A DNA stretch of 64,000 nt from Eledone cirrhosa (Eukaryota): contig OZ024742.1 of the NCBI GenBank assembly GCA_964016885.1, positions 41,168,001-41,232,000 on the forward strand. Reading direction: 5' to 3'. The notes under the pieces were generated by a model. The model did not search any database, was not told the origin of the DNA, and was given only the letters and a program-made list of their open reading frames with translations. Position 1 is the first letter of the stretch, and every line of letters starts with the position of its first letter. The position numbers and the translations under genes were made by a program. Shown one piece after another: positions 1-12,911 of this stretch.

Positions 1-1393
1 TGCGTACCAGCCCTCTATAGAATGTTGCGGTGGAGTCTCCACTGATAACCGGATCCGCCTGCCAGAGGGTGGTGAGCGCCTGGGCACACTCAGTGTGCCA
101 GGCGCCCAGTTTTCTCGGTCTTTGCTTGACCCAGGATTGCAGCTCGGTGAGTGAGACGAGTCTGGGAAAGGTTCGTCTCACAAACGAGGCCCACATCGGT
201 TGACCGGTGAGGAATACGTGGAGGTGCCGTAGCCTTAATGCGTGTTTACGCATCATTAGCCACGGCATCCCCAGTCCTCCTTTCGAAGGGTGTTGACAGC
301 AGATGGATCTCCTCACCAAGGGATCCCGCCTCTTCCAAAGGAATTGGAAGAGCGCGCGCTCCATCTTGGCGAGGGCTTCCCTTGGGCAAGGCACTACGGT
401 CAGGCGGTAGTAGATGACGGACGCTATATAGGTGTTCGCCACCTCCGCCCGACCTTTCAGGGATAGTTTGCAACTGGCCCACTTCTGGGTCAGTGCAAAC
501 ACCCTGTTCTTCTCCACCTGGAGGTCTGGTCCGAACCAGACCCCGAGCAACTTCACCGGGTCCTCAGTCCAGCGTCCGACGACGCCATCGGAGGGCATCG
601 GTCTGCCCCGCCACGTGCCGAGTTGCAAACCGATCGACTTGTCCCGGTTCAGCTTAGCCCCTGTGAACCTTTCGTACTCCTCCAGTAAGGTGCCGATCGC
701 CCCGATTTCGGAGGCCGTCGACACCATTACTGTCACGTCATCGGCGTAGGAGGACACCGCTTTCCGCAATCCCGGTTCCAAAGGGATGCCCTGCAACAAC
801 TCCAACTTCCGCAGTAGTGGCTCGAGAGTCAACACATACAGAAGGGAGGAGAGAGGGCACCCTTGTCGGATGGACCGCGCGATTTTGAACGGCTCCGAGA
901 GGTAGCCGTTCACCTTGACCCTAGAGCAGATGCGGCTGCTGTGCATAGCAGTGATCCAGCCCCTGAAAACGAGTCCGAAGCCTGCCGCCGCTAGCACCGC
1001 ATCCAGGTAACCATGGTCGACCCTATCAAACGCCTTAGATTGATCCAAGTTGATCAGATCCCCACCAAAGCCGGGTTCGTTCCCAACCCTCTCTATGATG
1101 TATCGCATGAGGTGGAGGTTGTCGTGGATGGACCTGGACGGGATAGCACATGTCTGCGCATCTCCCACCAGGTTGCCCACGACAAGCGCCAACCTCTTTG
1201 CTAGCACCTTGGCCAAAATTTGTAACTCTGTATTTAGCAGAGTTATGGGCCTGAAGTTACTTATTTCGTCCCCCTTGTTCTCGTCCTTCCTCACTATTGT
1301 GACTACGCCCTTGGTCACAGTACAGGGAATTCTCCCGTTCTGTTGCCAGTTGCAGTAGACCGCCTCGAGGAGATCGGGGAACAAGTCCGGCAT
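1..1393 (-). mobile_element. L1/Tx1-clade LINE ORF2 reverse transcriptase fragment, 5'-truncated, running off the window start
   Basis: Minus-strand translation gives NFRPITLLNTELQILAKVLAKRL, LDQSKAFDRVDH, IRQGCPLS, SYADDVT (~737-751), KLLGVWFG and GGLGMP in one frame. Probably absent from the ORF track because it has no stop inside the window. Confidence 0.9.
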
Positions 1394-1541
1394 AGAGAGA
1401 GAGATAGAAGGGGGGAAACGGTGAATGGGAGATAGAAAGTAAGAAGGTAGGATTGCGAGTGTAAGAGAGAGAGGGAGAAAGGGGAGACGTAAAAGAAATA
1501 TTACATAATCACATTGCCGGATACACTGAAGAAACTAAGTC

Positions 1542-1625
<84 letters not shown>

Positions 1626-1905
1626 CAGGGTATCCCAAAAATGTATACACACTTCAACAACATTCTATTAAAAGTATGTATACATTTTTGAGGGACACCC
1701 TGAGTATATATATATATATACAGGGTGTCCCAAAAATGTATACACACTTCAACAACATTCTAATAAAAGTGGCGTATACATTTTTAGGGGACACTGTAAG
1801 TGTATATATATATATATATATATATATACAGGGTGTCCAAAAAATGTATACACACTTCAACAACATTCTAATAAAAGTGTGTATATATTTTGGGGGGACA
1901 TTCTG
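1626..1905. mobile_element. Three tandem ~77-bp hairpin MITEs with Tc1/mariner-type ends, separated by (TA)n
   Basis: Units 1626-1702, 1721-1796 and 1829-1905 read CAGGGTRTCCMAAAAATGTATACA...GTATAYATTTT.GGGACA.(C)TG, each preceded by TA. Confidence 0.7.
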
Positions 1906-2015
1906 TGTGTGTGTATATATAATATATATATATATATATATAAGTATTGAAGTTTCCGTTGAAAATAGATTATATATATATAGAGAGAGAGAGAGATTAT
2001 ATTATATATATATAT

Positions 2016-2144
<129 letters not shown>

Positions 2145-2270
2145 CCAGTTTGACATTTGTACTGTCACATGCACACACATGTGTGTATGTGACACATACA
2201 CACACGTGTATGTGTGTGTGTGTATATATATATATATATAATCCAGTTTGACATTTGTACTGTCAAACAT

Positions 2271-2323
<53 letters not shown>

Positions 2324-2901
2324 CGTGTGACAGTACAAATGTCAAACTGGATTCTCTTGTAGGCTTTCTTTCTTCCTCTGCTGCACACGACTCGGTTTTG
2401 CTGATTTGAATTTTTCTAGTATTCGATAAAATAAAAATAGATACAATTTCATATAGAGTTATTTCAGACGACTACAATAACCTCCAAAATTTGTCCTTGT
2501 AAGTCATTCAACGAGCATACGGCTTAGTGTTTATTGTGTTAAGTTTAAGATTGCATTGTCGTGGGTTTGATTTCATTTCACGTAGCTACAGTCTACTCAG
2601 CAGCAAGTGTTGGGCTAGGTAGGGCCTTTCGATGGACTGGTGTCCTACCTGGTGAGAAGTGTTGTACTCTCAGTCGTTTAACGCCAATGAAAGCAGGTTA
2701 AATTCCGAGCATGAAATAGATATTAACTTTTTTTTTTTCTTACTTCATTCAACGAGCGTTTTAAACACTAGATTGTCTATGTAAAAACTAAATCGGTGCC
2801 AATGACAAGTGTTCTACTTGTTCGATCAAATGTATAATCCCAAAACAAAGAACGGCGAGTGGAATATATTAGGTTTAACACTTGAAATAGCAGGAAGAGG
2901 G

Positions 2902-2937
2902 TCTTAACGTTTCGGACGCTAGTCCTTCATCAGAAGA
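2902..2937 (-). ncRNA. Minimal type I hammerhead ribozyme in a PLE-like 3'-end fragment (~2860-2990)
   Basis: Minus strand: tctt CTGATGA a ggac-tagc-gtcc GAAA CGTT aaga; palindromic AACGTT stem III. Confidence 0.85.
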
Positions 2938-2984
2938 AAGAATGAGAGATTAGAAAGATTGAAGGGACGGGCGGGGTGGAATTG

Positions 2985-3071
<87 letters not shown>

Positions 3072-3848
3072 ATACAATAACAGAGAAAGCTTTAAGCTAA
3101 ACTCCGACTGGTAACCATCTCACTCAACAAACATTAGGTTATACGTTAGTATAAGCCCAATTTAGTGTCTGGGGTGCTAACTATATGTATTTTGTGGAAA
3201 GCCAGTTGTTTTATTTTATATGAGATATAATTAAAGTTAAAATATATCTCTCTTTCCAAACAATTGTTTCATTATAAGTTTTCTACAAGTTGGGAGAATG
3301 TTTCCAGTTTATGTAGAGGCCTAACATATTTTCATGTAAGAATATATTTAGGTGGGCACTTATAAATCGTCAGTGGAAGCCCATTAAACTTTGATATAAG
3401 AAAAAATTCCTTACCGCAGTTAATTTTCGTGTCAGCTAAGTCGTCCCTTCACGCATCGAATGACCGCCAAATTTGAAATTCCAGCAGTCTTTTGACTGAG
3501 GAAGTATCATAGCGTCACGAAGCGGAAAAGGGAGACAACCTCGAGTCACGAGAAAAGTAAAATAATATACACGTGGGTTAATTAGTTTTTTCAAAAACAT
3601 TATCAATCCTGCGTGTTAAGAACTCAATTAATTTTTTAAAAATAAATGTATGCGTGTATTAATTACACACGCATATAGATATTTTCTTAGGCTAAAAACA
3701 GAGAAGTGATACCTAAATAAACAAACAACATCTCATAACTGCAACAAATACGGAAAGTTACGCTTTAAAAAGCATTTGGGAATGTAAATCTCCGGCCAAA
3801 TTAAGAGTAAAATATTTAATACACGCGGGTTAATTACATATTTCAAAA

Positions 3849-3911
<63 letters not shown>

Positions 3912-4041
3912 AATTGAGATTGAATTATTTTCCCATGTCTTACGTTAAATCTTTTCCATCTTGACGTAATAGCCATTTATATGTATGAATTACTGTTGGC
4001 TTCTTGCTCACATTAATTTCTCAATTTTCATTTATATTTTC

Positions 4042-4161
<120 letters not shown>

Positions 4162-4374
4162 AAGAGAAATAAACACAGATATATACATATATGTATTCAA
4201 ATCATAAGGGACCAGATGATTTGGTCCTTTATGATTCGAACACATATATGTATATATCTGTGTTTATCTCTCTTTATTATAATAAATTATATTATACGGT
4301 TCGGAAACGTTTTTCCTTGAGCTATTTTAATTGTAAGGGACTATTCTGAGTTTCTAACTTAATATATACTTTTG

Positions 4375-4523
<149 letters not shown>

Positions 4524-4565
4524 AAGAAACGGAGAATCAGTGGTGCGACGAATTAAAATTTATTA

Positions 4566-4660
4566 GACATATTACAATCGTTTTTCTGGCGCCCAGCTCG
4601 AGGCACGATCGATGCAATGATTGAACCTGACTCTGAAATCGCAAGATCCTCAGATACGTC
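4566..4660 (-). ncRNA. Degenerate hammerhead in a short TA-flanked fragment (~4519-4685)
   Basis: gacgtat CTGAGGA [long stem II] ..AAAA cgattg TA atatgtc; 7-bp stem I, followed by AATAAA. The G of GAAA appears mutated or is taken into stem II. Confidence 0.55.
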
Positions 4661-4682
4661 TCGATTCTTCGAAGCAGAGTTT

Positions 4683-4816
<134 letters not shown>

Positions 4817-5325
4817 ATATATATATATATACGTTGTATCCTTGAGCAGCACACTTTATTTCATGTTGCCCCAGCCTGAAACGAGTCTAAGCTGCAACAT
4901 TTGAAATATTGTTCTTCAGTTGGCGAAATAAGTCCTCTCGCCGTCCTTTGTGTGTTGGTCAAATGTATAGTCGCAAAACAAATTAAAATGTACTACAAGT
5001 CCACTCAGCTACCAAAAATGAGTTGTACCGTTAAATTCAAAGGGTCAGCATTGTCCCACACTGTCATACTGAATCTCCCTGAGAACTGCTTTAAGCATAC
5101 TTGTGTCTCAGCAATGTTCAGCTACTTACACGTTAATTTCATGAGTGGGCTGTCCCATTGATCGAACAACTGGAACATTCAACGTCGAAACCGATTGAGG
5201 TCACACAACAGCATTCACAATATCTTCATATATAGACATATAAACACACACATTGTATAGATAGACATATATACTCACACGCATTCATATAAACATATCT
5301 TTATACATAGGCATCAATACAACCC

Positions 5326-5420
<95 letters not shown>

Positions 5421-5471
5421 TACATACATACATACATACATACATACATACATTCATACATACATACATAC

Positions 5472-5857
5472 ATGGTGGCTGCCAACTCGTTTTCGAGTAC
5501 GGCCACTACTTTATATCCATGTAGGAGAACCCCTACCGATGCGCTGAACAAGTGACTTTTTAGTCCAGCCAGCGATTTGAAAACTCTGGTACAAACACTA
5601 CACTTGGGACAATTATTGACACATAGTGTTGGGCCCATGGTACCATGTGACGACAAGTGCAGAGAGATCTCCAGATATAAAGCAATGCCTGTGCCGTGAA
5701 GCTTTTATAGTGAGCAAAGGCACTGCACAAAGCCAGTCCCACTCTCTTAACCAAGATGATATTTACCAAAAAGAAGAACAAGTTAACATCATTGGATACC
5801 ATCAGGGTTGCAGGTGCTATATCAGAGTTTTCCCTCTCCTAGAATTCTGCCTTGACA
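5472..5857 (-). mobile_element. Non-autonomous RTE derivative in (CATA)n, 5'-truncated
   Basis: Closely matches 19921-20307; its terminal ~180 bp match the 3' end of the RTE at 20584-20763. Confidence 0.75.
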
Positions 5858-5975
5858 AACATACATACATACATGCATACATACACACACACACATACAT
5901 ACATACATACATACATACATACATGCATGCATGCATGCATGCATACATACATACATACATACATACATACATACA

Positions 5976-6058
<83 letters not shown>

Positions 6059-6259
6059 TCTTAATTCCGATCTTTGTATATATATATATATATTTATATG
6101 GGATAACAAATTATCGTTAAAGGTAATCCAGTTAGAGGTTGTGAGTACTCCGTATTGTGGATAGTTTTAACGTACAGTGTTGTTTGACTCAACAAGAGGT
6201 TTCCTTAGTTAAGTTGCGAGTTCTCGTGAATTCCTATGCAGGTTAATCTTGGAGTAATA

Positions 6260-6694
<435 letters not shown>

Positions 6695-6787
6695 ATGTAT
6701 GCAAACGGTAAACAGAAATAACAACACAATCGGTACAGTATATGGAAGGAATATATTAGGTTAACGCTTGAAATATCAGGAAGAGGG

Positions 6788-6823
6788 TCTCAACGTTTCG
6801 GACGCTAGTCCTTCATCAGAAGA
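6788..6823 (-). ncRNA. Minimal hammerhead, same family as 2902-2937
   Basis: tctt CTGATGA a ggac-tagc-gtcc GAAA CGTT gaga; flanks ~6745-6875 resemble ~2860-2990. Confidence 0.85.
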
Positions 6824-6869
6824 AAGGGCGAGGTTTTAGTAATATTGAAGGAACGGGCGGATTGATTTG

Positions 6870-6913
<44 letters not shown>

Positions 6914-7339
6914 CTGTTGAAAAGGCAGGAGCTCAGCCGTCGGGGTCCCGAATCCCTCATATTACTCACTCTACTACCCCAAGTATCGAGTACTCTGGTG
7001 AGTAATGGTCTAACTGGTTTTTACTGCATCCATTCTGATTTATATATATATATATATATAAATCAGAATGGATGCAGTATGGTTTTGGAGATAGACCCCC
7101 ATAACCATATATATTCTGAACCTACATTGCCCAGGGTACTTGGATAAGTATATTTCATTTTAATCAAAGGGTTCCCCGGGGGCGCAAACCCCCGCTGAAA
7201 ATGTTTTCTATTCGATTTATATGAAATTTAAACCAATGTTTTCCAATTTTTCATGCATTACATTTTACATTGAGTAATATTGAAATGCAGAGTTTTTCTC
7301 CATAAATTATATCACTGATTTAAAATCAATCATCATTTT

Positions 7340-7391
7340 CTTACAAAAAAAAAAATGTGTGAAACGCAGCAAGGCGCGGGTAATTCGGCTA

Positions 7392-7393
<2 letters not shown>
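7340..7393 (+). mobile_element. Possible Helitron 3' terminus
   Basis: acgcagcaaggcgcggg imperfect hairpin followed by ...CTAGT. Confidence 0.45.
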
Positions 7394-7475
<82 letters not shown>

Positions 7476-7481
<6 letters not shown>

Positions 7482-8070
7482 AAATGTGTGTAATCCTTTG
7501 TACAGTTAGGTATATTAAGACAGGGTGGAAGAAAAAATGGCTTCACTTGTGCTTTTAACAAATTTATTTTCTTCACAAAATCCAAAAAGAATTTTTTTTC
7601 CGGATTAAAAAAAAACATTTTTCCTTAAAATAAATTATTTTATAAATTAAGTAGGAAAGCGACGCGCCGAGACGAAGACGACGAAACCGGTCACGCCGTC
7701 GTATCCAACCCTGGCGACGAACCTCTCCTTTCGAAAAGAAAAAGGCACGCGCGCAGAGAGAGAAAAACAAAACCGCGAGGTGAGCGCGCGACCGCGGCGA
7801 GGTGACGGCACGACGACGTAAGAACCTCTGAAAAGCCAAGCGAGACGAACTCCAAGCCCTGACCGGAGCGCGGCGACGAAAACGAGAGGCGAACGGCAAA
7901 CGCCCGCGATAAAGCAAAGCGCCGTCGTCGCATCGTCCCCGATTGCGCAAAGGAAAATAGGCAAGAAGAAAGCAAGAAGCGAGGCAAGAAGGTAAAAACG
8001 CGACGTCCGCACCGTGACGCTGAGCGGCGATGCACGCAGAGCTCTGCGGCCCGACCAAAAAATTCTTTTT

Positions 8071-8074
<4 letters not shown>
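7476..8074. other. CpG-rich ~0.4-kb segment bracketed by 18-bp inverted repeats, between (TA)n tracts
   Basis: ATCCAAAAAGAATTTTTT at 7580-7597 and its reverse complement at 8057-8074; abrupt compositional shift at ~7650-8056. Confidence 0.7.
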
Positions 8075-8112
<38 letters not shown>

Positions 8113-8253
8113 AGTTTATGTTGGTTGTATACCAACACCTCAGTATGCAGGCTGGAGCACTCGACGAAGTGCGCAGGTTGGTTTGGTTACTCCGGAGTAG
8201 TGTAAAATAAAGTTAAATAAAAGTCAAATGATTAAAATTTAGCTTCGTTTATT

Positions 8254-8308
8254 ACTGCTATATATATTTCAGTGACAGCCATCTTTGGCTGTGACCTCTT
8301 CAGGCAGT
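8254..8308 (-). ncRNA. Hammerhead ribozyme of the Naiad terminal repeat
   Basis: actgc CTGAAGA ggtcacagcca-aaga-tggctgtcact GAAA tatata TA gcagt. Confidence 0.88.
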
Positions 8309-9493
8309 TTGAATTAGTATGGTATAGACAAGTACATATGTTGTTTAGGTGTATGATATTGTCAATACTCTGATATGCCCAGTTCCTTGCTGGGTTGTTA
8401 ATTCACTGGGGAACTGGAGTCATATGAATTCAAACAAACGAATTTCCGTGTCACAGGTCCCCTTCTCCTCTCATTGGTCAGTTATTAGTGTTGTCATTGT
8501 TGGAGTTAGCTTAAAAATTGATAAAATGGTAGAAGGGACAAGGTGTTGAAGGAACAAAATATCAAAAAATGTGTCAAACTTCCCATTGTTCAGTTCTGAG
8601 AGCATTCCTCAGTCAGAAGTCTATAGAATTCTTTCTGGGGTGAGGCTCCCTGTGGTGTTTATGCCTGCTATTGTTCAGTACATTTGACCTCCACCATTAT
8701 TTTGGTACTGTTGTTGTTGTAGTGGTCAGCTTATACCTTGCTGCTGCTAACAATTTAGAAGTATTCAGTTTGTGTTTTCTCTTCATCCCACCCGCCACCA
8801 TCTTAGTGGTGGTGGCGGGGGGGGGGGGGTTATTTCATGTATATGAAGAAATATAAGGCAATAAATGAAGAAAACAGAAGATAAATAAATAATATAATAA
8901 AATAAAATAATTAATATAATTTGTGTAATTTGAAAATAAATAAATAAATAGAGAATAAAGAATAAAGAGTAAATGAGAGATTGGTGAAAAAGTAATGATA
9001 ATGTATATGGAGAAGTGAGAAATAATGTAGGATAAAGTGTGTGTGTGTGTGTGTGTGCTATAACCAATCTCAAGGTCAGAATATGTTGGATAGATTGGTA
9101 TGATACAAGATGTTAAGATGAGATATTCAATGTGTTTGTGTTATAATCTATCTCAACTTAAAATAAGGTTATACAGTGAAGAGGGCAGAAAACAAATAAC
9201 AAATTAATAAAGAGAAATCAAGATTTAAGATTGGAACTTTAAAGTCAGAAATCTGGTAAATTAAAAGTGTTTGTGTTATAGATGTTGGCCAGATTATTAT
9301 GGCTGTGTCCGATTCTATCTCTAGGCTATCATGGTGTCTGCTCCGCCTGGGTTGTTCCCTATGGCTTGAGGGGAGTTCACAACCTAGGGTGTTGTAATTG
9401 TCCATATAGCTTGAGGGAGGTCTGGCCGAGAGGTGTTTTCATGTTCTGTAGAAGTCCCTATAGCTTGAGGGGAGTTCACATCTTCTTGTGTTG

Positions 9494-10408
9494 CTACTGT
9501 CCATATATTTTGAGAAAGGTCCCGGCTCTAAGGTGTCTGCATGTCCCGAAGAAGTCGGTTCTGAGGTTTATCAGGCCGCTTCCACCTCTTAGTATCTCGA
9601 GGGTCTCGTTCAGGCATAGTTTGCATATGCAAGATCCCCCTTTATCGGGTGGTACTTTCCTGATTATGTACCAGGCCAGAGAGTATGGGGTCCTGTCCAG
9701 CTTAAGCTTCCAGATCAGGTCGGAGAGAGCTGTGCTTTTCCTTTTGGCCTCCTTCTTGAATGAATGGCGATGGTTGTACCAGCGGTCCTTAAAGCTCGTT
9801 GATGTGGCTCCTATGTAGAGGTGTTCGGAGTTGGGGGTTTTAACCCTACAACCGTACACTATGTTCTTCTTGAGACATTCATTACCAAGGGGGCATGATT
9901 CGGGGTTTCTACAGTTGCAGAGGGTGGGCGGCCTCTGCGTGCTTAGATTAGGGTTCTCATTATGTGCTACATGTTGGTCTTCCCCCATGCTCGGTGGGGG
10001 GTCCTTGGGTCTGTTTGTGTTTCTTGGGTGGGCTCTGGGTCCCCCCTTCCCTCCTTTCACATGGTTCTGCTGAGTGTTTGTATTGCTATCTTCTGGTTGT
10101 GTGTGGTTTTTAAGCCTACTTCTGTTGATGCTAGCTATGTGTTGGGCCAAATTTCTCGTGGTGGAATACGAAAGCTTCACAGTGTGTCTGTTGAAGATCC
10201 TGTGGTATCTGTGGTCCCTCGGGAAGCATTTGTCAAGTGCTCCAAAGAACAATCGGGCCAAGCTTTTCTTTAGGGCCGCTGAGTAGGGTGGGTTGTACCA
10301 CGTGATTTGTCGGTGTCTCCTCCTATATGTGTGGGTTGGGGCTTCGTGATTTGTTGGAGATTTGTTGGTTTGCTGGTGGTTTCCGCACTGTTGCTTCCCT
10401 TTTGGGCT
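9494..10408 (-). CDS. PLE C-terminal part with Cys-rich GIY-YIG endonuclease, in a different frame from the RT ORF
   Basis: Frame open from 10408: RQITWYNPPYS, IFNRHTVKLSYS, CNCRNPESCPLGNECL, IVY...YIG, FKDRWYNH, CKLCLNE, CRH. Confidence 0.9.
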   Translation of the reverse strand, partial: SPKGKQQCGNHQQTNKSPTNHEAPTHTYRRRHRQITWYNPPYSAALKKSLARLFFGALDKCFPRDHRYHRIFNRHTVKLSYSTTRNLAQHIASINRSRLKNHTQPEDSNTNTQQNHVKGGKGGPRAHPRNTNRPKDPPPSMGEDQHVAHNENPNLSTQRPPTLCNCRNPESCPLGNECLKKNIVYGCRVKTPNSEHLYIGATSTSFKDRWYNHRHSFKKEAKRKSTALSDLIWKLKLDRTPYSLAWYIIRKVPPDKGGSCICKLCLNETLEILRGGSGLINLRTDFFGTCRHLRAGTFLKIYGQ

Positions 10409-12171
10409 CTATATTTTTTGTTATCTTCACGGCCCGGATTTGTGGGGTGGTTGTTGTCTGCCCCGGGAGATCCATCGTGGGGTGGTCGCCCGTTTCCTCC
10501 CTCCCCACGTGTCCTGCGGTTGGGGTTGTCCGTCCTGGGGTAGTTAGCATCACGCCTGAGACTGCTACTCATATTGTGCTCCATCTCGTGGTCAAGCGCA
10601 CTAGTCCCCACCGCCCGTGTGGTGGTGTCTGGTACATGGTGCCTATTTGATTTTGCTCTGCCTGTATTGTTAGGGTTCGCCCTCCCCCCTCTGGTAACGC
10701 GGTTGTGGGTGTCTGTTGGGCTATCCACCTCCCGGCTTTTCGGACTATATGTTATATTTTGTCCATGTGCCGCCTTCTTTAGAGCTGCGTTGTAATATTC
10801 CGCGTGGTTGTTGAATATTTCCTTACTTGCGGACAGGCTGGAGATCCTGTCCGAGACACTCTTCACCACTGCCTTGGTTATGGATCTAGGGTGGTTTGAT
10901 TTGGCGTTAACATATACTAGTTTCTCGTTGGGCTTGTGGTAGGGGTAGTATTGCTCGGTGTTCAGGTTTAGGGTGGTGTCTAGGAAGTTAACTACCTTCC
11001 TATTTGGGTCTATTTCTATGCTGAGCCCCTGGTTCTTAAAGAAATGGCGAATACGCCTCCTCATACCCTCCAACATATTGGTGCTGTGGTCATGTACTGT
11101 GAATAGAGCATCGTCACGATATAATCCGCCACCCAGGCAGGGGATTTCATCTTTTATCTGCTTCAGCAGGTAGAGCCCAACCAGGTCCGTTACCTGCGCT
11201 GAGTCGCTGGAGCCCATCGTGATGTCAAAGTTATTTGGCCAATCACTCCTGGTCCACAGGTCTCCATCGAAGCGGATTAAGGTCTTTCTTGCGGCGTGGA
11301 TGATGCTCACCTCCTCTTGGGTTAGGTCCGTATTGGACATCGCTAAAAATAGGGCCTTATTAAGTACTATGGGTGAGATTGAGGAGTAGTAGCTTGCGAT
11401 GTCCAGTTGTATAAAGCTGGTCCTACTTTTCTCATGCAGTATTTTGAACCATTCTATTACTTCTCTCGTGCATGACCATTGCTGTAATTTGGTTTTTTTC
11501 CGAAGCTTGGGCAAAATCCTATCCAGTATTCTTTTACTGACGATCCCTAGGTCAGATCTGGAGGGGGCTATTAGTCTGACAGGGAGGTCGGACTCAAAGT
11601 TTGACTTGTGGTCTTTAAGGGTAATCCGCGGCTCCCTTGGTTGGTATGGGGCCGTCCTGTCCTCTATGCCGATTCTGAATATAATCCTGTAAGCTGTGGC
11701 ATTGATCTCATCCAGGGTAAATCCAGGTGTTTTTTTGTAGCACTTCCTCAGTTCCCTGAGGATTAGCTTATTGTACAGTTCAGTGTTCATGTTGTAGAGG
11801 TTGTTTGTTTTGTCAGCATGGACAAGTATTCCAGTTGTCCCTTTAAGTACTGTAATCCGGTTTCTCAGGTGTCTGAGGTACTCCTGACTTCTGGTTGGGT
11901 TTCCGGAGAATTTGAGGTTGGATATGATGTTAATCATCTCGTTTTCAAACTCCTCCATTAGTCTGTTATGGGGGGGATTCCTCCTTGATCGAAAAAGGTA
12001 CTCCATGTTTTCTGTGTTTGTAGTTTTCTGCGTTCCTCTTTCGAAGTGGAACGCCTTCCATCTCATCCTACGGATGAGGGAGTCCGTACTCTTGATGAGA
12101 TCACTGGTGTATTCTCGTTTATCAGGTAGGGGGATGTCCTTCAGTGACGCTAAGGTTGCCAGTTTATCCAT
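10270..12171 (-). CDS. PLE reverse transcriptase with a long low-complexity linker
   Basis: SLKDIPLP...IRRMRWKAFHF, ITLKDHKSNF, VRLIAPSRSDLG, QLDIASYYSSI, FDITMGSSDSAQVTDLVGLYLL, GLYRDDAL, VNFLDTTLNL, YVNAKSNHP. Confidence 0.92.
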   Translation of the reverse strand: MDKLATLASLKDIPLPDKREYTSDLIKSTDSLIRRMRWKAFHFERGTQKTTNTENMEYLFRSRRNPPHNRLMEEFENEMINIISNLKFSGNPTRSQEYLRHLRNRITVLKGTTGILVHADKTNNLYNMNTELYNKLILRELRKCYKKTPGFTLDEINATAYRIIFRIGIEDRTAPYQPREPRITLKDHKSNFESDLPVRLIAPSRSDLGIVSKRILDRILPKLRKKTKLQQWSCTREVIEWFKILHEKSRTSFIQLDIASYYSSISPIVLNKALFLAMSNTDLTQEEVSIIHAARKTLIRFDGDLWTRSDWPNNFDITMGSSDSAQVTDLVGLYLLKQIKDEIPCLGGGLYRDDALFTVHDHSTNMLEGMRRRIRHFFKNQGLSIEIDPNRKVVNFLDTTLNLNTEQYYPYHKPNEKLVYVNAKSNHPRSITKAVVKSVSDRISSLSASKEIFNNHAEYYNAALKKAAHGQNITYSPKSREVDSPTDTHNRVTRGGRANPNNTGRAKSNRHHVPDTTTRAVGTSALDHEMEHNMSSSLRRDANYPRTDNPNRRTRGEGGNGRPPHDGSPGADNNHPTNPGREDNKKYRAQKGSNSAETTSKPTNLQQITKPQPTHIGGDTDKSRGTTHPTQRP

Positions 12172-12344
12172 AGTGACTTAGGTCCGCTACTGTTTGAAGC
12201 GCTCAACCCGTGTGGGAGCTAGATAGATTTTGAGTTTATGTTGGTTGTATACCAACACCCCAGTATGCAGGCTGGAGCACTCGACGAAGGCTTAAAAACC
12301 ACACACAACCAGAAGATGGCAATACAAACACTCAGCAGAACCAT

Positions 12345-12911
12345 GTGAAAGGAGGGAAGGGGGGACCCAGAGCCCACCCAAGAAACACAAACAGACCCAA
12401 GGACCCCCCACCGAGCATGGGGGAAGACCAACATGTAGCACATAATGAGAACCCTAATCTAAGCACGCAGAGGCCGCTCACCCTCTGCAACTGTAGAAAC
12501 CCCGAATCATGCCCCCTTGGTAATGAATGTCTCAAGAAGAACATAGTGTACGGTTGTAGGGTTAAAACCCCCAACTCCGAACACCTCTACATAGGAGCCA
12601 CATCAACGAGCTTTAAGGACCGCTGGTACAACCATCGCCATTCATTCAAGAAGGAGGCCAAAAGGAAAAGCACAGCTCTCTCCGACCTGATCTGGAAGCT
12701 TAAGCTGGACAGGACCCCATACTCTCTGGCCTGGTACATAATCAGGAAAGTACCACCCGATAAAGGGGGATCTTGCATATGCAAACTATGCCTGAACGAG
12801 ACCCTCGAGATACTAAGAGGTGGAAGCGGCCTGATAAACCTCAGAACCGACTTCTTCGGGACATGCAGACACCTTAGAGCCGGGACCTTTCTCAAAATAT
12901 ATGGACAGTAG
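12345..12911 (+). pseudogene. Truncated GIY-YIG frame in the inverted PLE copy
   Basis: Same translation as 9494-10060 except one P/L change. Confidence 0.9.

Noticed and set aside
7659-7702. GAAACCGGTC resembling a minimal hammerhead end
   Set aside because: No CUGANGA core or stem II upstream.
7573-8138. Three overlapping minus-strand ORFs of 114-163 aa
   Set aside because: Explained by stop-poor GC-rich composition; no recognisable domain.
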